A stretch of DNA of 32,000 bases from Polynucleobacter sp. MWH-Aus1W21 (GTDB taxonomy: Bacteria; Pseudomonadota; Gammaproteobacteria; Burkholderiales; Burkholderiaceae): assembly GCF_018687275.1 (NCBI RefSeq), contig NZ_CP061287.1, forward strand, positions 1,880,212 through 1,912,211, given 5' to 3'. Position 1 is the stretch's first letter. Every line of letters begins with the position of its first letter. Below, one piece after another: positions 25,514 to 32,000 of this stretch. The notes under the pieces were generated by a model, which saw only the letters and a program-made list of their open reading frames with translations, was not told the origin of the DNA and did no database searches. The translations under genes were made by a program, and so were the position numbers.

Positions 25514-27196
25514 TCAGCCCTTGAAATAGTCACTCAGCTTGTCAACGCCTTTTTTGAAAGCCGCCCGGATAACATGCTCTATTAGATGTATGTTCCATTG
25601 ATCTTTGTATGAGCCAGAACCATACGTTTTTTTATCGCTTTTAGAGCCCACGACGAATTCACCATTGGCAGTCCAAACGTGAACATCGCTCCAAGAAAGC
25701 CGTACCTTTTCGTTTGCTCCGAGAAATTTATGCCTCACAAGAGTCACATATCCATCTTCAACAACGAAGTCTCCAAAGTGCAATGACTTTCCGGCCTCTA
25801 ATGCCTCCCCCATCTCAATGATGAGTCGGACGCAAACTGCGCGCCACATCGCAGCCAGAAACCCTGAATACGTAGATTCTTTGCGAAGACTAATTGTTGT
25901 TGACCCAGAGCGTGTGGCAAAAGCGATTTCGTAGTCCGTACCAGTAGGAATTCCATTGACAGAGTGACGAACGGCCCCCCAACGCACAGCAGTGACTGAT
26001 TCAAGTGGGTATCGCTTCTCTTTCCACTCGATTCCATTTTCAGAAATGGCCAGGGTGTCTTTAAAAACAACGCCAACTTCAGCAGAAAACTTTATTGATC
26101 GTGCCCACTCAGCATCTCGTGACTTAGCCTTCTGCTCAGATTCAGCTCGTTCGGATTTGATATCCGACAGCGCTTTAGCGTCTTGCTCAACACGGTCTGA
26201 AAACTCAGGCAACTCTGAAAATATTTCTCCAAGCAAATGAGTCAATCGAGTCGAAAGGTTTATTTTGTCGTGCTCATTGAACAACTCAATTGCAAGGCTC
26301 CTTATTGCGTAAGCCATTTTTCGACTGGCTTCATGCTCAATTCCACGGGCCTTAGTACTTAGTTGAATTGGTTGGGCGAACCGGTCCCAATTTTTAGCGA
26401 CACGCTCCAGTCTGTCTATTGCCAAAGCTGTTGCCGACTCCCCATTGGGAACGGCCTTGCGAACAGCTTCGATCAGTTTGGTTACGTTGTCTGCCTCTTT
26501 CTCTAAGACGCCCTGCACCTCAACTGCATAGCCATCAACCAATTCATCTATCAACTCAGGCGCGTGATCTTCACCACTGTTCGTAGCGCCATCAACGCAA
26601 TCAGTGATGGCGATCAGTAGAGCTTCAGGCGGCAACCTGTTCAGGGCATCCTTGATGGCAGAACGAAAGTAGCGTTTTCGCTCAGCTAATTCAGTCTCTA
26701 TTTGCTCAACAGACTTAACCTCAGGAAATCCGGAAATAGAACGATCTTCATTGATGTCACGAATTACCTCATCAACATCAACCTCTTCAACAAGCCTTGC
26801 CAACTCCTGGATAAATTCAGAGAGATCTTTCGGAGCATGTGCCCCATCTACCGCCTCAAAAGCAGACGCCAATAAATTGCAGTGAGCTAGCGTCGGCAGT
26901 CCTGTTTCGTTTCGCACGGCCATTGGATCAAGCTGCAAACCGTCCAACAACTGTTTGGCACGTCTAGGTGAAACACCCGGGAGCCAGGCCATCTCTACAC
27001 TCAGCCGATTCCTTGGATTTGTTAGATCACTTCTTGCCTTTTGACATTCATCAGGGCTAATCTCGAGAGACTTCTGCTCTGCTTGATCGGAAATCTTTCG
27101 CCTATCGTCTCTACTCGTAACATCAAGCACCATAAATGGGCTGACATGCAGGGTGCTCTTACCCTCACCGTATTTGAAGCGAGCTGCAGTTGTCAT
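25514..27196 (-). CDS. J-like domain protein (HPD replaced by SPD) with helical middle and beta-rich C-terminal region
   Basis: 560 aa. Residues ~19-75 (SPFMVLDVTSRDDRRKISDQAEQKSLEISPD...DLTNPRNRL) follow the J-domain pattern F/Y.VLGV ... HPD ... L.D...R. The spacing from the conserved Leu to the H position matches E. coli DnaJ, but Ser replaces His. Confidence 0.7.
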   Translation of the reverse strand: MTTAARFKYGEGKSTLHVSPFMVLDVTSRDDRRKISDQAEQKSLEISPDECQKARSDLTNPRNRLSVEMAWLPGVSPRRAKQLLDGLQLDPMAVRNETGLPTLAHCNLLASAFEAVDGAHAPKDLSEFIQELARLVEEVDVDEVIRDINEDRSISGFPEVKSVEQIETELAERKRYFRSAIKDALNRLPPEALLIAITDCVDGATNSGEDHAPELIDELVDGYAVEVQGVLEKEADNVTKLIEAVRKAVPNGESATALAIDRLERVAKNWDRFAQPIQLSTKARGIEHEASRKMAYAIRSLAIELFNEHDKINLSTRLTHLLGEIFSELPEFSDRVEQDAKALSDIKSERAESEQKAKSRDAEWARSIKFSAEVGVVFKDTLAISENGIEWKEKRYPLESVTAVRWGAVRHSVNGIPTGTDYEIAFATRSGSTTISLRKESTYSGFLAAMWRAVCVRLIIEMGEALEAGKSLHFGDFVVEDGYVTLVRHKFLGANEKVRLSWSDVHVWTANGEFVVGSKSDKKTYGSGSYKDQWNIHLIEHVIRAAFKKGVDKLSDYFKG

Positions 27197-27293
27197 GCCT
27201 TCCCCTTGTCTTGTATGTTTTTGTTTCTGGATGATCTAGCTTCGACCATTTCACATAAAGTGACCATCAACGAAGTCCAAGAATTTTTCAAGC

Positions 27294-28634
27294 TCATCTC
27301 AGCTGCCTAATTTGTCTCGACAAACAACTGTTATAAGCCGCTGGACCATTTAGATATTTATCAGAGGAACACGCCGCCTCAACGGACTGTCTTTGCGTGT
27401 AGTTCAAATTTGAGAGATCAGGCTTGCTGGACTGTCGGCTCAACATACTGAGTTGATTGGATAAGCATCGGTTGTAAGCCGCAGGACCATTCAGATACTT
27501 GTCGCTGGAGCATGCTGCTTCAATTGATTCACGTTCAGGACTGGAAAGCGAGTCCAAGGATGGGCGCCGGTTGTTGGAATTAAGAGCACTTAGCTGCCTT
27601 GTTAGGCACCGGTTGTATGAGGCCGGGCCGTTCAGGTACTTTTCGTTGGAACATGCCGCCTCTATCGACTCTTGCTCCGCCGAGGCCAGCCCACTTAAAT
27701 CCGGTCTTCTAGGGGCTTTGCGAAGTGCCGCCACCTGTCGCTCACGACAAGCTCGATATGCCGCCGGACCATTCAAATACTTATCAGTGGAGCAGGCAGC
27801 TTCAATTGACTCTTCCTCGGGTTGACTGAGTTGGGAAGTATCTGTCTCCGTCACTACTGCAGGACTTTCTTGTCTCAGTTGTGGCGGCGTGCTCGCCACC
27901 GGAGACGCAACACGCGGACGGACTGTAGAGGAAGAAAAAATTTTTCGACCTTCAGCTTCATACTCAGTCCGATATCTCTCTACTTCACTGCGCGCACTTT
28001 CTAGTGATCCGCTTCTATATCTGAAACTACTGCAGCGACTGTTGTAATCAGCAACAAGTGAATTAAAACGATTCACATCCGAATCGTTGTACGGATTCAG
28101 CGCCTCTTTGGCCGCGTCCAATCGAATGCTTTCAGCGCTGCAATACCTTATTTGAGGTTGCGACAGCACCAATCCGGTACCGACAGGCGGCGTTTCCTCT
28201 GATGGCTTTGTCGGAACTTGCACATCGGATGTTGGAGGCTGCCAAGTTGGTGAGTCGACTTTTGCAGATGCGCTGTTAGTTGATGTTGAATATGCAGGAG
28301 GATATTCAGGTGACTTTTTTCCCGCCGACGAGGCCAGCCATATCAACCCAACAACCACGGCAATACCTATAAGCCATTTCCCTTGGAATCCACCCTCGCT
28401 TGACTTAGGCGGGTCTTGGTAGATTGCTCTTGGTTGCGGTTGCGGTTGCGGTTGCGGTTGCGGCTCAGTTTTTTTGGCCGCATCCTCGACTGGCTGCGAC
28501 GCACCTCTAATCGGCTCAGGTTCTACGTCACGCTTTTCAATGGAGGGTGCATCGCCAACATCAGAAACCATAGACGAAAGACCGGCAAAGCCTTTTGCCT
28601 CATCCTTTGGTGTTTTGTCCAAACCACTACTCAC
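27294..28634 (-). CDS. Single-pass membrane protein with (PQ)n tract and four C-terminal Cys-pair repeats
   Basis: 446 aa. GTG start with GGGGGA RBS. It has one TM segment (WLIGIAVVVGLIWLASSAG), a P/S/T-rich linker, and then 3.7 copies of a 47-aa unit, ESIEAACS..KYLNGPAAY..CL..Q. Confidence 0.85.
   Translation of the reverse strand: MSSGLDKTPKDEAKGFAGLSSMVSDVGDAPSIEKRDVEPEPIRGASQPVEDAAKKTEPQPQPQPQPQPRAIYQDPPKSSEGGFQGKWLIGIAVVVGLIWLASSAGKKSPEYPPAYSTSTNSASAKVDSPTWQPPTSDVQVPTKPSEETPPVGTGLVLSQPQIRYCSAESIRLDAAKEALNPYNDSDVNRFNSLVADYNSRCSSFRYRSGSLESARSEVERYRTEYEAEGRKIFSSSTVRPRVASPVASTPPQLRQESPAVVTETDTSQLSQPEEESIEAACSTDKYLNGPAAYRACRERQVAALRKAPRRPDLSGLASAEQESIEAACSNEKYLNGPASYNRCLTRQLSALNSNNRRPSLDSLSSPERESIEAACSSDKYLNGPAAYNRCLSNQLSMLSRQSSKPDLSNLNYTQRQSVEAACSSDKYLNGPAAYNSCLSRQIRQLR
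27297..27818 (-). repeat. Tandem coding repeat, 141-bp unit x about 3.7
   Basis: Derived from the protein periodicity: three 47-aa units plus a terminal 33-aa partial unit. The units are diverged at many positions but keep both Cys residues and KYLNGPA. Confidence 0.8.
28432..28461 (-). repeat. Hexanucleotide microsatellite (GGTTGC)5, encoding (PQ)n
   Basis: Five perfect GGTTGC units were counted on the + strand. They are in frame within the 446-aa protein (PQPQPQPQPQ). Confidence 0.9.
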
Positions 28635-28643
28635 ACATCCCCC

Positions 28644-30086
28644 TTAGATGAAGCCGATCTTGTTATGGGATCCGCCCTCTCTTTGCCTAGCTGGAGTTGC
28701 TTGCATTGCAGCCTGCAGGCTCTCTTGATCTAATTTGTCTTTGCCTGCGCGCGCAGCAAGACGTGCTCCTTCACGAACGATGAAAGTCACATCAGATAGC
28801 GGACGACCGGCCATTTCACGAGCAAATGGCAACGGGTCAACCGAATCATCTTTCGGCAACGTTGATAGCAATTTTTCAAGAAGAGAGAGGATCTCCTCCT
28901 CACTTGCAAAGTCGACTTTGATCACATGATCAAAACGTCCACGACGAAGAATTGCAGGATCAATCATTTCGATTCGATTGGTCATCGCAATGATCAACAC
29001 ATCGTTCTTTACTGCCTCTGGAATTCGCCGCAGAAACTCAGCAACTTCCTCGACTCGATGGTGACCACTTCCCATCTCGCGATCAGCGAGAAAGGCCTCC
29101 ATTTCATCAATAACAAGAACTGATGGCGCATTCTCAATTGCCTTGTCAAATACTTCAGCCACCTTTTTGCTGGTTTCATGTATGTAGGGACTGGCAACAC
29201 TCGATGCATCAATCTGAAAACTAGGCCAACCTAAGAAGTCGACCAAGCGTTCAACTGCAAAAGTTTTCCCGCAACCTGGGGGGCCATGCAGAACTACAGC
29301 TGAAGGAAAGTCGATTCCGAGAGCCTTGTATCTGTCTCTGTTCTGAACAATGTCAACAATGTGCTCATTAAAAAACGCTGCCAGATCAGGCCGACCAGCG
29401 AGCTCAAACACCTTTGGCTTATCTTTCACTTTGCCGTTTGAAGATGATGGCTTGCTTACCAGTTCAGCAGGCCCCTCTTGATTTCCAACAGGAGCGCTCC
29501 GACGCCTTCTCTCTGGGACGACCTCAGACACTTCATATCCCGCAGCTTGAACTACATCTTTTAAGTGACTTGCTCCTAGCCAACTTAGGGTTTGATGCAA
29601 GCGCCTGAAGGATTTTGCAGATACGGGTGCACCACCAGTAAGCCAATAGCCCAATACAACGTCATCGTCTGTTCGAGAGGAAATGCTGTACGTAGGAAGA
29701 AGGCGGCTAATCTTTTCAACGTAAATAGCATCTTGCAGAGGTGAATCTGGGTCGATGCTCCTCGTCGCTTTGAAAGCAAGGGCGAAAGAGAGTGCTTCTG
29801 CTTTCGAGTCGGGTGAGTGCCCCTCTGTTACAGGACACAAAACTTGAGTAGCACCGCAGGAAATCGAACGAAGTTGTCGATCGCCATAACTGAAAACATC
29901 AAATTGCCCATCCTCTGCGATTCCGGCAACGACCCAGTGCTTGACTAGATCATCAAGAGCAATTAATGCGCGCCCTGCACCAGGGGTTTCCAATATTTGC
30001 CAGTTCACCCCTTCAAATAGGGCTACCCTTGTTCTTGCACCATCGGGCAATTTGAAGCCAATTGGAAGCCACGAATCGATCGCCAT
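28644..30086 (-). CDS. Classical-clade AAA+ ATPase (Cdc48/FtsH-like module) with an unassigned ~250-aa N-terminal domain
   Basis: 480 aa. Walker A is VVLHGPPGCGKTF and Walker B is VLVIDEMEAF. IIAMTNRIEMIDPAILRRGRFDHVIKV carries sensor-1 plus the second region of homology. Its ATG lies 2 nt after the Hsp70 stop. Confidence 0.9.
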   Translation of the reverse strand: MAIDSWLPIGFKLPDGARTRVALFEGVNWQILETPGAGRALIALDDLVKHWVVAGIAEDGQFDVFSYGDRQLRSISCGATQVLCPVTEGHSPDSKAEALSFALAFKATRSIDPDSPLQDAIYVEKISRLLPTYSISSRTDDDVVLGYWLTGGAPVSAKSFRRLHQTLSWLGASHLKDVVQAAGYEVSEVVPERRRRSAPVGNQEGPAELVSKPSSSNGKVKDKPKVFELAGRPDLAAFFNEHIVDIVQNRDRYKALGIDFPSAVVLHGPPGCGKTFAVERLVDFLGWPSFQIDASSVASPYIHETSKKVAEVFDKAIENAPSVLVIDEMEAFLADREMGSGHHRVEEVAEFLRRIPEAVKNDVLIIAMTNRIEMIDPAILRRGRFDHVIKVDFASEEEILSLLEKLLSTLPKDDSVDPLPFAREMAGRPLSDVTFIVREGARLAARAGKDKLDQESLQAAMQATPARQREGGSHNKIGFI

Positions 30087-30088
30087 GG

Positions 30089-32000
30089 TTAACTCCGCAC
30101 AATGTTGGCACCGGCCATCATCTCGTCGTCACCCCCAGATCCGATTCGAATGGAATCGAGCTGAGCCACAACTGCACGCAGCTTGTCGATGTCGTTGGCC
30201 TTTAGTGCTTCAGCGCCAACGCTGGAAAGTTGAGCATGCTCTCGTGCATCCGGGAACAGGTACGAGTCCTTTGAGAGCCATTTGAAACGGTCAATGACGA
30301 ACCAATCTTGCCGCCACAGAATCATGAAATTCTTGCCACGCAGATCGTCGAGGTGCGCCTCAAAATCGCCACTGTTATTGTCAATAGAGCGTTGAGCTGT
30401 CTTCACCAAATTGTCAAACGAGTTCGCTTCCGTAGGTCGCGCATGCTCTCGGACCAAACGATCAAAGAAATCTAATGCTTTGTCGAGTTCAAGTTGGCGT
30501 ATTTCTTTAAGGTGATCTTTTCGTGCAAGCGCTAGAAGACGCTTTGCTTCCTGGACGTTGTCCATTGCCTGCTTCGCAGTCTCTGGGTCAGACTCGCCGG
30601 ATTTGATCGACTCCGCCTGTGCAAGCTTTTCTCTAGCCTGCTGAAGGCGGGGATCATCAATCTTCGACTCCATTTCATCGAGCCGCTGTATGGCATGTTC
30701 AGATTGCTCGGCCACGAGTTTTGATGCCTGCGTGTAATCAATCTGACCATCTTGTCGTGAGTAGAAATTTCTACCACTGTGGAATGATCCACCGATAGAA
30801 GGAACCGAGACTTCCATCATGATGTTGCCCGAGTCCAAGATTTCATACTCACAAATCATCTCAGCACCAGCGGCAATAACTCCATCATCGAAATCGGATC
30901 CTTTGATTTCAAACATGCCAATGAATCTGTTGTCATTGACAGGGTCGGAAATTTCCCCCTCCCAAAGCTTGAACTTAATTGACCCTGCACTCCCTGCACG
31001 CAGGGATTCTTCAGTCTTAAAAACCTTTTTTCCCTTCTTCGGCAGCTGATCTCCCTCGCGCACCAGGTAGTCCAACACTAAACGCCCTCCCAGCTTGTCT
31101 CGGGCTTCCACGCCGATGGAGTGCGACGCTGGAATTGCATCGATGCTTGCCGCAGTTCTTGTGATGACGATCTTGTCGTCCTTAAGGCTAACCGGCCCAC
31201 CTTTCGAGTCAAAAACGAAGACCTTGAACGTGTTTTCGCCAGGCTTTCCTAGATTTAACTCAACCGCCGCACCGTCTTTAAGCGCAAGACGACCTGAGGA
31301 CCACCCGGAATCCAAACTGTCAATCTGGAACTCAGTTCCAGCTGCTGCACTACCCCCAACCTTCACGACAATCTTGGCTTTCGAATCGGGTGTGCGTGCA
31401 ATAAAGTTAAATGCAATATCTAATGCGCCACCGGCACTCAAAGCCCCACGCGAACTCTTTCGCCCCCTGCTATCCGATTGCCAGTCGATTGACTCCGCAA
31501 ATACTGAAGCACCTTCGGCAACTGCTGTCATCGGATTCACATCGGTAGATGGTGCAATACCCATCTCGAAAGCGACTTTGTCCCTAAGGGGCTTGTATTG
31601 AGTTGGGCCTCCGACGAAGACTATTCTTTCTACATCGTGTGCACTTAAACCTGCCTTTTCCAGAGTTTCTCTGGCAGATTGGATGGCCTCATCCACCTTT
31701 GGTGCTATCAGTGCGTCAAGCTGACTTCGACTAAAAGGGATGTCGACATAAATCTCCGTACCATCCTGATCCGAGACACCCAGATCGGATTCGGTCAAAC
31801 TGATGACAGACTCTTCTTTGGCAGAGAGTTCGATTTTTGCCTTCTCTGCCGCCCACAAGCACATTCTTAACAGTGCCTTGTACTTGCTGTTGGAAGTGAA
31901 ATCTTCTGGAAGATTGAATTGAGATAAGAGCCAAGGTTTGACAACGTTATCAAGAATGGAGCGGTCAAAGTCTGTTCCACCGCACATGGCCACGCCGCCG
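30089..32000 (-). CDS. Atypical Hsp70-family protein (N-terminus outside the window)
   Basis: The frame continues past 32000 (...GGVAMCGGTDFD, compare DnaK DLGGGTFD). AAEKAKIELS and VFVGGPTQYKPLRDKV...VNPMTAVAEGASVFA match the Hsp70 nucleotide-binding domain. A beta-rich SBD-like region and a helical tail follow. The 634-aa track ORF begins at an internal Met. Confidence 0.9.
   Translation of the reverse strand, partial: GGVAMCGGTDFDRSILDNVVKPWLLSQFNLPEDFTSNSKYKALLRMCLWAAEKAKIELSAKEESVISLTESDLGVSDQDGTEIYVDIPFSRSQLDALIAPKVDEAIQSARETLEKAGLSAHDVERIVFVGGPTQYKPLRDKVAFEMGIAPSTDVNPMTAVAEGASVFAESIDWQSDSRGRKSSRGALSAGGALDIAFNFIARTPDSKAKIVVKVGGSAAAGTEFQIDSLDSGWSSGRLALKDGAAVELNLGKPGENTFKVFVFDSKGGPVSLKDDKIVITRTAASIDAIPASHSIGVEARDKLGGRLVLDYLVREGDQLPKKGKKVFKTEESLRAGSAGSIKFKLWEGEISDPVNDNRFIGMFEIKGSDFDDGVIAAGAEMICEYEILDSGNIMMEVSVPSIGGSFHSGRNFYSRQDGQIDYTQASKLVAEQSEHAIQRLDEMESKIDDPRLQQAREKLAQAESIKSGESDPETAKQAMDNVQEAKRLLALARKDHLKEIRQLELDKALDFFDRLVREHARPTEANSFDNLVKTAQRSIDNNSGDFEAHLDDLRGKNFMILWRQDWFVIDRFKWLSKDSYLFPDAREHAQLSSVGAEALKANDIDKLRAVVAQLDSIRIGSGGDDEMMAGANIVRS

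Larger units (their letters stand above)
20802..32000. other. GC-richer accessory block (probable horizontally acquired island, right end not in window)
   Basis: Composition shifts abruptly at palindrome copy 7. All nine genes are co-oriented with gaps of 1-97 nt. None is a recognisable housekeeping gene. No mobility gene is visible inside the block. Confidence 0.5.

Noticed and set aside
21017-31870. Many + strand and off-frame ORFs of 60-170 aa across the GC-richer block (for example 21017..21331, 21531..21818, 23558..23962, 24782..25090, 27499..27825, 28416..28733, 29941..30285, 31095..31601)
   Set aside because: They are antisense or overlapping shadows of long, motif-bearing minus-strand genes. 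Higher GC lowers stop-codon frequency on the opposite strand.
1-32000. CRISPR arrays, rRNA genes, IS elements or transposases
   Set aside because: I saw no regularly spaced direct repeats with unique spacers, no rRNA-like sequence and no transposase-like ORF or terminal inverted repeats. The only tandem repeats are coding (27297-27818 and 28432-28461).

Overview
The window looks like a Burkholderiales-type betaproteobacterial chromosome (inferred from gene families and synteny) and has three parts that differ in composition. GC differences were judged by eye, not computed.

(1) 1-10.1 kb is AT-moderate core genome. All genes here are on the minus strand except the Bug-family gene. In order: a truncated lipoprotein, a decayed stretch with an acyltransferase remnant and a moaC 3' fragment, an intact acyltransferase-3 gene, a type IV pilin, a TerC-family membrane protein, sucD, sucC, recX, recA with a textbook LexA box, a small membrane protein, a Bug/TctC-family binding protein (+), and a tRNA with a CAT anticodon.

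(2) 10.1-20.8 kb is a more AT-rich integrative island. It encodes two inverted paralogous 423-aa tyrosine integrases, a third catalytic-domain-only tyrosine recombinase, a DnaQ-BRCT exonuclease, a small clamp-loader-like AAA+ ATPase and several hypothetical proteins. Six perfect copies and one 14/15 copy of a lox-like palindrome, GTCGTTTTAAACGAC, are scattered through it. The outermost copies sit exactly on the island borders.

(3) 20.8-32 kb is a more GC-rich block carrying one tightly packed minus-strand operon of at least 9 genes. It encodes an atypical Hsp70, a classical AAA+ ATPase, a membrane protein with Cys-pair repeats, a J-like protein with SPD in place of HPD, a Sel1-repeat protein, a secreted SNase-type nuclease, a secreted unknown protein, a Gly-zipper peptide and a PIN-like protein.

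I do not recognise this operon as any described system. It and the palindrome/recombinase network are the two leads most worth following up.
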